A stretch of DNA of 64,000 nt from Negaprion brevirostris (lineage: Eukaryota), in NCBI GenBank assembly GCA_030324005.1, contig JARDVH010000167.1, positions 15,100,431 to 15,164,430 on the forward strand, read 5' to 3'. Positions 12,550 to 24,152 of the stretch are shown piece by piece. The notes beneath the pieces are model-generated. The model was not told the origin of the DNA and ran no database searches. It saw nothing but the letters and a program-made list of their open reading frames with translations. The position numbers and the translations under genes were made by a program. The first letter of the stretch is position 1; the number at the start of each line of letters is the position of its first letter.

Positions 12550-12930
12550 GAACACAGGATAAAATTTCAAAAACTGTCAATGATATTAAGCTGAGAAGAG
12601 TGACAAGCAGTGAGGGTAAAATGAATTGCCTGCAATAGGACAAGACAGGTTAGCAGAATAGTCAGTCAACTGGCAGAGGAATTTATTACAGAGAGGTGTG
12701 GGGTCATGCATTTTAGTAAAAGCGCTTGGGAGAGACAGTATATAAGCAATGTACACAGTTCGAAAGAGTATGGAGGAACAAAAGGATCTGCAGGTGCATA
12801 TGCATTGATCTTTAAAGGTAACAAAATGAGAGAATGGTTAACAATGCATTTGGAATCTTGGAATTTATTAACAGGCATTGGATAAGCTGAACCTTTTTAA
12901 AGCTCTGATAAGGTTCCAACTTAGATTAAT
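12550..12930 (+). mobile_element. Old CR1 LINE RT fragment
   Basis: Decayed KISK..DIKL, C.VMHF and EQKDL.V..H motifs. Confidence 0.7.
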
Positions 12931-12956
12931 GCTGATCAATGAAAAATGTATTGATC

Positions 12957-13080
12957 CTTGAGAGGGCAGTTGTTATTTGGAGTGTGGAGTGAGTAAGATT
13001 GCAATTAATACCTGTGTTCCCTGATGCCTGTCTGTGGAGTAAGTTCTTGAAGGTACCCCTCAGTACTAAAGAATCTAACA
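12957..13080 (+). repeat. 5' LTR (5'-truncated) followed by tRNA-Leu-type PBS
   Basis: Aligns with 18059-18179 and ends in taaca; tggtgtcaaaggttgga at 13082 resembles TGGTGTCAGAAGTGGGA. Confidence 0.85.
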
Positions 13081-15186
13081 CTGGTGTCAAAGGTTGGAGT
13101 GACTGGCGACTCGTAAGGTGAGGATCGGAACCTTCATCGCAGACCATCTGCCGAAATCCACAGTGCAGCGGATGAAGAAAACTCTTGGAGGATGAGTAAG
13201 ACCATTGGGGTAAGAGACGTCAGTTGGATGAGTCGGACCATTGGGGTAAGAGACGTCAGTGAGTTGGATGGACTCGGGTGACATCAACAGGTGCAAGTCT
13301 GTCTCCATGACCGTCACTGGCATCAGTTGTTGGGGGGGGTGACCGTAGGAAGACTCAGTCGTTGTGCTCTTGGAATACGCAGCACTCGGGAAGAAGTGAA
13401 CACAGGAGCCAGCGCAGGAGAAACAGGCTCCAAGCCTAGGTTCAAGGGTGGGAAAAACCCTGGCGCTGGCAAGACAAACGGCAGGAAAATTTGCTTTGAT
13501 AGGTGCATTCTGGTTGGTGTANNNNNNNNNNGTGACGGACAATCTAATTGTGCATCCTAAGTTTACTGCAGCTGGAGAAACTGGCTTAGAAGCTATTCTA
13601 GGAGTTGTGTATGTTATTGAAGGGGGACTTCATGCCAAAACCACTGCTGATTGCGAAGCATTTCTATTTTTACAGGTGGGAACAGATGGAGGACAAGACC
13701 ATAACCAAATTTGTGGCTATCCTCAAAAGCCACGCAGAGCATTGTGACTTCAGGGCTTTCTTGCAGGATGCGCTGCAGGACCAGCTTTTATGTGGCTGCC
13801 AACAAGAAACAATTCAGAGAAGACTACTGGCAGAGCCACAGCTGGATTTTAAGAATGCTTTTGAGATTGCGGTCTCCATAGAAAGGGCTACCAGGGAGGC
13901 AGCACATTTAGGTGTTAATGTGAGAATACATAAGGTGCCAAAGAGGCCAAAGAGTCAGTCACAGCTCAAGGAATGCTGCCATTGTGGCCGAGTGGGTCAC
14001 ACGGCATACAGTTGCTGGGCAAGGGAATATTAGTGCTCGAGCTATCAGAAGACAGGCCACAATGCCTGAAACTGCAGAGCATCAGTGTCCCAGGACAGTG
14101 TGAAGCTAAAGCAATCAGTATCCAAACCCAGGAGAAAGTGGTAAGTGCTAATGTAGAGGAGGACAAGGAGTCCATTGGGTCTGCAGATGAAACAGCGCAG
14201 AATGAGAGGACGCAGTTTAAACTAAACATTTTGTCTGTCAGATGTGAAGCAGATCAATTACAGNNNNNNNNNNAAATGGAAATGGGAGTGGCAGTGTCAT
14301 TGATCCTACAGTCAACATACAAGGAAAAGTTGAATAATCTTCCCCTGAAGCCTGTGAATATCATTCTGAGGACATACACAGAACAGTTGGTTTCTCTTAA
14401 GGGTTATGTCTCGACAAGGTAAAACTGCACCTACTGTGTATGTCATTAAGAGTGATTATCCCTCGCTGTTCAGACGATCCTGGCTGAGACAATTGAAATT
14501 GAACTGGGAAGTGATGAACAAATTAGTAGAGATGTTTGTGTCTGAATGATTTCTTGCAGAGATACAAGAAGGTGTTTAATAAAACCCTGAGTGAGATGAA
14601 AGGAGTGGAAATGAGCCTTTGTCTGAGGTTGGATGCATGCTGAAAGAACATGATGCCGTATGCGATTAGACCCAAGGAGGAGGCCAAATTTGAGAAATTA
14701 ACAGGTTTGGGAGTTTTGGAACCAGTGGGCACAAGTGAGTGGGCCTGTCATGAAGCCCGATGGCTCACTGAGGCTTTGTGGGATTTTAAAGTCACGGTGA
14801 ACCCAACTATTGTGTTGATCAATGTCCATTGCCCCTTATTAAAGACCTATTTTAACGACCTTGCTGATGATCAGAAATTTATCAAAATGGATTTCTCCCA
14901 AGCTTATCTGCAGGTGTGGGGTGGCTGAAGACTCACTGCCACCATTAACCATCATCACCCATAAAGGATTACTCCTTTACAAACAATTGATTTACGAATC
15001 AGCCACAGCCATTTTTCAAAGAACAACAGACCAGATATTGAATGTTTTCCTGGGGGTCCAAAGTTACTTAAATGAGATTCTGGAAACAGTTTCCATAGAT
15101 GATGAACATTTGCAAAACATTGAAGATACGTTGAAGAGACTGCAGGNNNNNNNNNNTGAGTTTTTCAAGGACTTTGTTGAGTATTT

Positions 15187-15604
15187 TGATTTGATTTGAT
15201 TTAATTTGATTTATTTTTGTCACGCGTATAAACATACAGTGATAAGTAATACTTTTTCTTGCGCCCTATACAAAGCACACCATTCATCGAGACAGAAACA
15301 AGGAAGTGCAGAATGTAGTGTTACAGTCACAGCTGGGGTGTAGAGAAAGATCAACTTAAGTAAGTTAAGTCCATTCAAAAGTCTGACAGCAGCAGGGAAG
15401 AAGCTGTTCTTGAGTAAGTTGGTACGTGACCTCAGACTTTTATATCTTTTTTTCCTGATGGGAGAATGTCCGGGGTGCGTGGGGTCCTTAATTATGCTGG
15501 CTGCTTTGTCAAGGCAGCGGGAAGTGTAGACAGAATCAGTGGATGGAAGGCTTGTTTGCGTGATGGATTGGGCTACATTCACTATCTTTTATAGTTCCTT
15601 GTGG
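15187..15604 (-). mobile_element. Rex1/Babar-like LINE 3' end inserted in the Gypsy RT
   Basis: ORF 15220-15582 (IIKDPTHPGHS..RYKSLRSRTNLLKNSFFPAAVRLLN) and (tttga)n tail; splits the motif VEY/LGHVID; same family as 1403-1875. Confidence 0.9.
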
Positions 15605-16882
15605 TTAGGTCATGTTATCGACGGTGAAAGGTTGCATAAAGCGCTGAAGAAGCTGGGAGTCATAATGAAGATGCCAAGACTGGAAAACATGTCCCATTTG
15701 AGGTCGTTTCTGGGACTCAAACTATTGTGGCAAATTTGTGCCTTCCTGGTGACAGTAATGAAACCACTGCATTGGTTATTGATTAAGGGGCAGGTGTGGC
15801 AGTGGGCACCAGAGTGTGAGAAGGAGTTGAAAGAGTCTGGGATCCTTGTCCATTTTAACAACAAGTTACCTCTGTGGCTGGCCTGTGACACTTTGCTATT
15901 TGGCACAGGAACAATGTTAACCCATTGTTATGGCAAATGGAGAAGATTGCATTTGCATATAGGTCAGTCCTTGAAATAAAAGTAAACTATGCGCAAGTAG
16001 AGAAGGATGCAGTCAACATCATTTTTGGGGTTATCAAGTTTCACCACTATCTGAATGGCAGGAAGTTTGTCATACTGATGGACCACTGACCATCAGTAAG
16101 ACAAACCTCACCAGCTCATCTGCAGATGTGGACATTGATATTATTGGGCCATTCATATGAAATCCACTACCATCAGTCGAATCAACATGCAAATACGGAT
16201 GCATTATTCAGGCTGCCATTGCCTTATCACAAAGGTCCCGAACAAGGTTATCCGTATCATTTACTTTTCACAAGATGATAAGGTACCGATTACAACTGCT
16301 AAGATAAAACAAGCCACAAGGATTCCATGTTGAGTCAAATAGTAGACCTTATCCTTAAGGACAAAACAAGCTGACAGAAGAATCTGAAACTGAAATTATA
16401 CCTAAGCCGGCAGTGGGAATTGTTGGTGCTGGACTGCAATTTGGAAAAGGGTATTCTCCCTTTCTTGAGGGGAAAAGGGTTGGAACAACTGCACCAAGGG
16501 CAGCCAGGTGTGGTGTGGATGAAAGAGGTGGCCCCTCATTATGTATGGTGGCCAAATGTTAATGCCAAGATTGAGGAGAAAGCAGGCTCGTTCGTATCAT
16601 GTTCCAAAATTTGGAAGGCACCACCTGCGTCAACATTGCACCATGGGAATGGGCAAAGGAACCTTGGGAGCATGTCCACATAGATTGTGTGGGGCCAGTG
16701 GAAGACAATATGTTACTGGTGTCCGTGAAGCACACTTGAAGTGGCCGGAAGTGATATGTATGAAGTCGACGACCGCAGATTCAACCCTTGAGAAGCTCGA
16801 TGACATGTTTGCTCAGTTTGGTTGTCCAGGCCGGGTTGTAAATGACAGTGGACCACAATTTGTGTCGTGGGACCTTGGAAGT

Positions 16883-17175
16883 TTATTTAGTTATTATTGT
16901 CATAAATAGGCTTACGTTAACACTGCAGTGAAGTTATTGTGACAATTCCCTAGTCACCACACTCCGACACCTGTTCGAGTACACTGAGGGAGAATTTAGC
17001 ATAGCCAGCACGTCTTTTGGATTGTCAGAGGAATCCGGAGCACCCAGAAGAAACCCATGCAGACACGAGGAGAATGTCCATTAACCCAAGGCTGGAATTG
17101 AACACCACCCGCCCCTCCCTGCCGCCAACTACTGTGAAGTAACAGTGCTAACCACTGTCTCACATGCCACCCCAG
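16883..17175 (-). mobile_element. V-SINE (alternative-tail subfamily) inserted in the Gypsy integrase
   Basis: HE1-like head and V-domain; 7-bp TSD tggaagt at 16876-16882 and 17176-17182. Confidence 0.9.
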
Positions 17176-17977
17176 TGGAAGTACATGAAATTGCATGAAT
17201 TCATCATGTTAAGTCTGCACCCTATCACCCAGAGATGAATGGCTTGGGGGAGCATTTTGCATAGTCTGTTAAACATTCTTTGGAGGCTTCACAAGGGAGG
17301 GATCATTGACGCAAAGACTAAACTAGTTTTTGAATATGTACAGGAACTCTCCCCATGCAGCAATTAAGTGCTGCCCAGTGGCATTGATGTTTGTGAGACA
17401 GTTGCACACATTGTTTGACTTACTGAGGCCTGATGAGACAAGACGAGTGGTGGACGGGAACCAGGAGGTGCCTATGAGCCATCAAGCTAAACATGCCAAG
17501 CTCAGGTCATTTCAGAAGGGTGAGTTGGTACTTTCCAGAAACTACTGTTCGGGGAGAAGTGGATTCCTGCCACAATTGTAGTAAAGACAGGGAAGTTGTC
17601 CTATACGGTGGAAACTTGGGACGAGTTAGTTTTGCATTGGCATGTGGACGAATTGCTGGCAGCTCCAGATCAGGGGATGGAGGCCCATCAACAATTTCAG
17701 AGGCATTCTGGATGGAGCTAGCGGAGGTACCAGCAGAGGGAGGCATAGAATCAATAGCTCCTCCTTCTGCAGAAGAAATTGAGCGGGGCCGACATTGGCG
17801 ATCGATGATGTGCAAGAAGGGTCACTGACGGTGGGTTCATCGAAACTACAGTCTCCAGAGAGGAATCTAAGGCCAGCCCTAGTTCCCAAGAAACAACCCA
17901 ATGGGACTGTCATCACCCTGAAAGATTGATCATGTCAATGTTATTGTTATGAGGGCTTGTTGTTTAGAGGGGAGGAG

Positions 17978-18179
17978 TGTTACATATGTTGGAGCATAGT
18001 CCTTTTACAGGAACAGGCCAAGTGATCCTGAATGCGGTGTGTTCTGCCCAGAAACTGCCCTGAGAGGGCAGTTGTTGTTTGGAGTGTGGAGCAAGTGAGA
18101 CTGCAATAAATACTTGTGTTCCCTGATGCCTGTGTGTGGAGGGAATTCTTGAGGATACGCTGCAGTAAAGAATTTAACA
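17978..18179 (+). repeat. 3' LTR, 202 bp
   Basis: TGTTA...TAACA termini, preceded by PPT, internal aataaa. Confidence 0.92.
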
Positions 18180-18769
18180 GATTCATCCGTTTTCTTAGCT
18201 ATTGAGCATCTCAGTACATTTCAGAATATTAAATTGCTGTTACTGTGGCAACAATTAAAGCTATTATAAAATGTTACAACATTTATGCTAATCCCTTACA
18301 CCCAGTAAGATTAAATCCCTTTAATGTGCAGGCCAGCATGAATCTGTGGTCACTGAACCATGAATGTTGCATGACTGAAAAATTCAAATTTGACTTGCCA
18401 TTTTAGGGGAATAAAAACTTTGATGTTTGATGAGTATTGTTTCACCAATAGTACTACTTTGCGATGTTCTCTTCAAAGTTTTAATCCTTTCACGCAAGGT
18501 GAGATCAGGAATATGGGTTTAAAAAATATATTAAACTGTTTGTATATCTTAAATCTGAATCCCAAACAATTGGTTGTGTATGAATTTATAGATTTTACAA
18601 AGTCTGTTAAATGGAGAATAAAACATACTGCTGAATACACCCTGTTGCATTCAACTTAGCATTGCTTAAAATCATTTGCCTTCTGGAAACAAGATAAAGA
18701 ATTGTGAAATACAAATTGATGACACCCTTATTATTTGATCAAGTGCGCTCATGTATTCCTCACTTGAGT

Positions 18770-18935
18770 GCCAGGTGGCTCAGTTGGCTGGATGGTTGGT
18801 TCATGATACAAAGCTAAGCCAACAGAATAGGTTCAGTTGAGGTTACTGCCTGAGATGTTGTGATCCTCAAGTTAAAATCACCACCAGTCGGCTTACCCCC
18901 TCAAAGGGGAGAGCAGCGTATGGTCATCTGGGAAA
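18770..18935 (+). mobile_element. Old tRNA-derived SINE remnant
   Basis: A-box tggctcagttgg and a degenerate B-box ggttcag. Confidence 0.5.
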
Positions 18936-18939
18936 GCCT

Positions 18940-19470
18940 GATCAACTGTTCTTGCCAAGATGCAAGAACCATATTTGCAGATGCTGTTGCCTCAACTTGG
19001 CTGGTGATAACTGTCTTCACATGGACCATGTCAGCAGAACCTGATCCAGTCCTGTAGCAACGACTGCCGTAATACTTGCAGTTACCACACACGGAAACTA
19101 ACGATTCTGGTCAACTATGGATTCAAGGCCATTTGCACCTCATTGCAGATAATATTGATATTGTGCACCGGGACCAAGGTCAACGACACTCACAACCACA
19201 TTATACAGCAAAACCTCAGCTTCACCAGTCACCAGAAAAAGGCTGTTCAGTCCTTTGCATACTGACAAATGACTGCACACTGAGACTACTGTGTTGGAAA
19301 GATTGTGGTGCTTCTTTGGTTAAGCAATGTTTTCACTCACTCCAATGGCCCTCTCTGATGACAGCTGATTGTCAGAAGTTGGGGGCTTTATTTTCATTAA
19401 ATACATTCCAAGTTCTAGTGGTTCCATCAAGACACATTCTATGTAAAGGATGGGCCAGTGGAGCTGACTA
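18940..19470 (+). mobile_element. Very decayed LTR-retrotransposon integrase-like fragment
   Basis: Weak motifs only (QLFLP, VFTW, PF.LIA, SNGP resembling SDNGP). Confidence 0.3.
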
Positions 19471-20032
19471 GGTTTTTTTTTTAAGGCAATTTTTTTCATG
19501 ATTGTGGCAATAAATTGATAGTCTCAGCATTGTTTAGCTACATGACAATTTAGCAGGCATTCCTATCATCTACTACTACCACTAAAGCCTAAAATGAAGG
19601 AAATACATCTGACATATTTCCCAGTATTTGCATTCCTTTGAAATGTCTTTCCATATTTAGGTTGGCACATCTTAGAAATTTCTCCTGCTACAGTACCTGA
19701 GTGGTAAAGCACCTCAGGGAGAAAAGGAGAATGTTCAGGGTGTTCAGACTGCCCCCTGAAATGGGCAACTTTAAACCACTCTTTCTTTGGAAAAATCAAT
19801 TTTAGACCATTTGAAAGAACTTAGAAATAACAAATGTTTTTCTTGAGATAATTAGCTTAAAATTCAACCAGTGAAAACTGATAAAGCAGCTGGTTTCTCT
19901 GAATACTCGCTTGGATATTACAGTGACTAACAGCGGTTATTGATAAACTAGTGACACATTAACAGTGTATCGACTTTATGCTTCAACATTACTCTTTTTT
20001 GCTTTCTCATTTGCTTTATTGGAATATTCCTG

Positions 20033-20320
20033 AAAGAAGAGACATGTTGTCAAAGCTTTTTGTCTTGCACTCGTCTGGACAGATTCATAGGAGTACCATC
20101 TGTAAAGACAACAACAATTTATACTCATGAGAAGAGTGAGATTGGTTGCCCAGCAGGCTCTGCTAAGTGCAACATTCAGAAACCAATCAGAGTCTACTTG
20201 CCAACCAATTGCATTCTCTTCTCATGCAGCAGGAATTGTTGTTCCCTTTATAGTTGGTAGTCTTGTGAATCTGACCTGTTAAGTGCAAGTTAATAAGCTT
20301 TGACACATCTTTATTTTTTT
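20033..20320. mobile_element. Palindromic Penelope-derived element with a degenerate hammerhead motif in each arm
   Basis: 20033-20148 is an imperfect reverse complement of about 20202-20320. Confidence 0.65.
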
Positions 20321-20469
20321 AACAACACTCAAATTCTGTACTGCCAAATAACTATTTATTTGAATAGTTAAATGAATGGGAGTAATATTTCAATTTTAAC
20401 CTTATTGTAAAATTTCAATTTGTAAAACATATCTTTTGAAGTCATTTTGCTTAGTCCAATAAAGTCATT

Positions 20470-20700
20470 CAGGATTGGGATGAGAAGCAAAATTTTCACT
20501 CAGATGATGGTGAACATGTGGAATTCTCAACCAGACAAGGCTATGGAGACCAGGATTTTGAGACTTTATAGCATCAAGGGATATGGGAAGAGCACAGGAG
20601 AATGGTGTTGAAATAGTGGATCAGCCACTATCCTATTGTATAGTGGAGCAGGCTCAAAGGGCTAAATGATCTACTTCTGTTCCTATGTTCTATGTCTTTT
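20470..20700 (+). mobile_element. CR1 LINE 3' end
   Basis: FFTQ.VVN.WNS, IKGYG and tail ggagcaggctcaaagggctaaatg..cctatgttctatg. Confidence 0.85.
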
Positions 20701-21049
20701 CCCAACACTTCAAGAAAATATCCTGCATGTGCTACTGCAAAGTACTGAAGGGGTTCCTTAGATATTTCCCAGTGGAGCTATGCCGATTAAATTTTGTTAC
20801 AAGCATTTTTTTTATTCTGACTGCAAGAATCATTTTTGCATGCATCCTAATATATTTGAAACTATGCATAATTCTGAAAAGGAATTCAGAAGATTCAGTG
20901 CAAATAATGTCAAAAAATGGAGGCTTCTGTTGTTCTTCAAATAGCAGTATGAAAATAGGCAAGGGAATGAGACTAAGTAATTACTCTTGCAGAGAGCTGG
21001 CACAGATGCAATGGCCCAAATGGCTTCATTCTGAGCTGTCATGACACAC

Positions 21050-21352
21050 AAATGTACAAATTAGGAGCAGGAGTAAGCCACTCGGCCCTGTGAGCCTGCT
21101 CCATCATTCAATAAGACATGGTTGATCTAACTGGAACCTCAACTTTACATTCCTGCCTATCCCTATAGTCTTTTAAAAATCTACCCACCTCTGCCTTAAA
21201 AATATTCAAGGACTCTGCCTCCACCACCTTTTTAGGAAGAGAGTTCCAAAGATTCTCAACGCTCTGAGAGAAAAACATTTTTACTCATCTCTGTCCTTGC
21301 TGGACAACCCCTTATTTTTAAACAGCGGCCCCTCGTACTGGATTCTCCCACA
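21050..21352 (-). mobile_element. CR1 LINE 3' end
   Basis: Reverse of the CR1 tail (aggagcaggagtaagcc..) and FFSQSV.NLWNSL. Confidence 0.85.
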
Positions 21353-21800
21353 GCCACTACTACATGACCTTACTAAATATGCCACTAACATCTAGTGATA
21401 GAACATCAATAGTTTATCGAAATTGTCCAATTTAATGTTTAAAGTATCTATCAAATAGCTTTTTGGGCTTGTGACTCAATCACTTGTGCTGTTAGTCAAT
21501 CTAATGGTAATTTATTCTGGAACTAAAGTAAGTACTTGAATGTTCAAACGGAAAGTGGAAAAATATGTTCTTTCTATTTCTTCAGGAGCAGAAAATGATT
21601 TTTTTAAAAGTAATTACCCTTAATGTTAATATTTCTTTGAAATGTAAATGTTTACTTCTTAGCGACAAAAATTCTACTTCACCACTAAGATGCATGTCAC
21701 TTGTGCTATAGCAGTAAATGAACATTTTGTACCTGTATTCAAGAACAAGGTAACAATAGACAACATTTTTCACTCCTTTATTTGCAGCAATAATAATCTA

Positions 21801-22105
21801 AAAAATAACCACCAGAAGAGCATACCAAAAGAGTATCCAGAGGCAAAATTACCACTCAGAAAATCAAATGAAAAGAGAATGTAGAGGCAGTAACTATCAC
21901 CTAGAAGAGTGGGGGAAAAGAGGACCTGAGGCAGGAACCACCACCTTGAAGAGCAGGGGAAAAGAGAACCCAGAGGGAGTAATTGCCGCAAACAGCAGAT
22001 AAGACAAGGGTCTGAAGACAGTAACCACCACCTAGATGACTGGGCAAAAGGAGAATATGGAGGGAGTCGATAGCACTTAGAAGAGTGGGCGAAAAGAGGA
22101 CTTGG
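21801..22105 (+). repeat. Diverged tandem array, about 7 units of 44-45 bp
   Basis: Unit approximately gaggcagtaaccaccacctagaagagtggggaaaagagaacc. Confidence 0.75.
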
Positions 22106-22279
22106 AAACTGTCAGTCACATCTAGGTCTTCCTTTTATAGCCTCCAGTATTTGCTATTAACTTCAGTACAGGGAAGAAGCTGATTGATGATTAACTGGTA
22201 AGTTATTCTCATTATAATAGATAGTTTATAGAAGTTAAGGTATGGGACAACAGCTCGGCTGACTGGAATGTACTAAAAG

Positions 22280-22630
22280 TCATAGAGGTTTACAGCACGA
22301 AAACAGGCCCTTTGGCCCAATTTGTCCATGCCTTTTTTTTTAAACCCCTAAGCTAATCCTAATTGTCCGCATTTGGCCCATATCCCTATATGCCCATTTT
22401 ATCCATGTAACTATTTAAATGCTTTTGAAAAGACAAAATTTTACCCGCCTTGGCCTTACCAATGACTTGTACAACTTCAACAAGACGTTCCAGTTCCTGT
22501 ATTTAGTGTTCTGACCGATGAAACCAAGGATGCCGAATGTCTTCTTCACCACTCTGTCCACCTGTGACTCCACTTTCAAGGAGCTATGAACATGTACCCC
22601 TGGATCGCTTTGTTCTGTAACTCTCCCCAA
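22280..22630 (-). mobile_element. CR1 LINE, 3' part with internal deletion
   Basis: EQSDPGVHVHSSLKVESQVDRVVKK..LYKSLVRP joined to a CR1 tail. Confidence 0.88.
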
Positions 22631-22639
22631 GTGGAATAT

Positions 22640-23060
22640 AGGAATTCATGGATGCCCCATGTGTTCCAGACAAATTCAATTCATTTAATTACATTACCAT
22701 CGCTGAATCCCACATTATCAACATTCTGGTGGTTAATATTGACAAGAAGCTGGATTGGACCACTGTGACTGTAACAGCAAGTCAGAGGCTAGGAATTCTG
22801 CATGAGTACCTCATCTCCTGATTCCCCAAAGCCTATTAACCATCCATAAAGCATAAGTCAGGAGTGTGATGGGATATTCCCCATGTGCCTGGATGAATGC
22901 ATTTCCAACAACACTCAACAATCTCAACACTATCCAAAATAAAGCATCTTGCTTGATTGGTCCCTCTTTCACAAACATTCAATCCCTCCATCACGATCAA
23001 ATAGTGGCAGCAATGTTTATCATCGACAAGATGCATTGCAGGAAATCGCCAAAGTGAACA
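22640..23060 (+). mobile_element. CR1/L2-group LINE RT C-terminal fragment (second family)
   Basis: KLDW..ASQRLGIL..HLLIPQSL..HKA.VRSVMGYSPCAWM; same family as 33380-34175 and 63630-64000. Confidence 0.8.
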
Positions 23061-23710
23061 GACCTGTAAGGGATAAACAGGTCATTCTCAGGATGACAGA
23101 CTGTTACTAGTTGGGTACCACAAGAATCAGTAATGGGACCATAGCTGTTCACAATCTAGATAAATGATTTAGCTGTGGGGACCAAATGTAATTTCTTCAA
23201 ATTTGCTGATGACACAAAATTGGGTGGGAGATGTAAGGAAGATGCAAGGAGGCTTTAAGAGGGCCTGAACAAGGTGTGAGGGGGCAAAAACATGGCAAAT
23301 AGAGTAAAATACGAGTAAGTGTGAAATTATTTACTTTGACAGAAAAAACAGAAAGGCAGAGCACTTCTTGAATCACGAGAGGTTGGAAGTGGAGGTGTCC
23401 TTGTTCATGAGTCACTAAAATATAGCATACAAGTGCAGCAAGCAATTCAGAAGGCAAACTGAATGTTGGCCTTCATTGCAGGGAATTTGAATATAGGAAT
23501 AAAGTTGTCATGTTGCAATTGTATAGAACCTTGATGAGACTACACCTTGGGTATTTTGTACAAGTTTGGTCACTTTATCTAAGGAATGATATCCTTAACA
23601 TTGAGGGAGTGCAACAGAAGTGCGCCAGACTAATCCCTGGGATGGTGGGGTTTTCTTATGAAGAGAGATTGAGAAAAATAGGCCTGTTTTCTTTCGATTT
23701 CAAGAATACT
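23060..23710 (+). mobile_element. CR1 LINE RT fragment
   Basis: GVPQ.SV.GP, KFADDTKLGG, LYRTLMRLHL.Y.VQVWS.YLR.DI. Confidence 0.9.
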
Positions 23711-23744
23711 TCCTATAGAGCATGCCATTTTAGTTTCAGTTGAA

Positions 23745-24036
23745 GTTTATTTTATTTGTGTCACAAGTAGCTTACATTAACACTACAATGAAGGCTGTGA
23801 AGATCCCCTAGTCACCACACTCCAGCACCTGTTTAGGTACGCTGAGGGAGAATTTAGCATAGCCAATGCACCTAATCAGCTTTTGGACTGTGGGAGGAAA
23901 CCGGAGCTCCCAGAGGAAACCCACGGAGACACAGGGACAATGTGCAGACTCCGCACTGACAGTGACCCAAACCAGGAATCAAACCCGGTCCCTGGTGACG
24001 TGAGGCAGCAGTGTTAACCACTCTGCCACCATGCTG
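23745..24036 (-). mobile_element. V-SINE (alternative-tail subfamily)
   Basis: HE1-like head and V-domain; tail matches 16883-17000. Confidence 0.9.
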
Positions 24037-24152
24037 CTGACNNNNNNNNNNNNNNNNNNNNNNNNNNNNNNNNNNNNNNNNNNNNNNNNNNNNNNNNNNN
24101 NNNNNNNNNNNNNNNNNNNNNNNNNNNNNNNNNNNNNNNNNNNNNNNNNNNN

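Larger units (their letters stand above)
12957..18179 (+). mobile_element. Near-complete degenerate Ty3/Gypsy LTR retrotransposon
   Basis: Two LTRs, PBS, gag with CCHC knuckle (CCHCGRVGHTAYSC, ORF 13605-14033), protease near 14280, RT 14650-15180, RNase H 15605-16230, integrase 16400-17600 (LHQGQPGV, NDSGPQFVS), PPT agaggggaggag at 17966-17977; many stops and frameshifts. Confidence 0.95.

Noticed and set aside
21801-22105. Possible CRISPR array
   Set aside because: Units are contiguous and diverged, with no unique spacers; eukaryotic context and no cas genes
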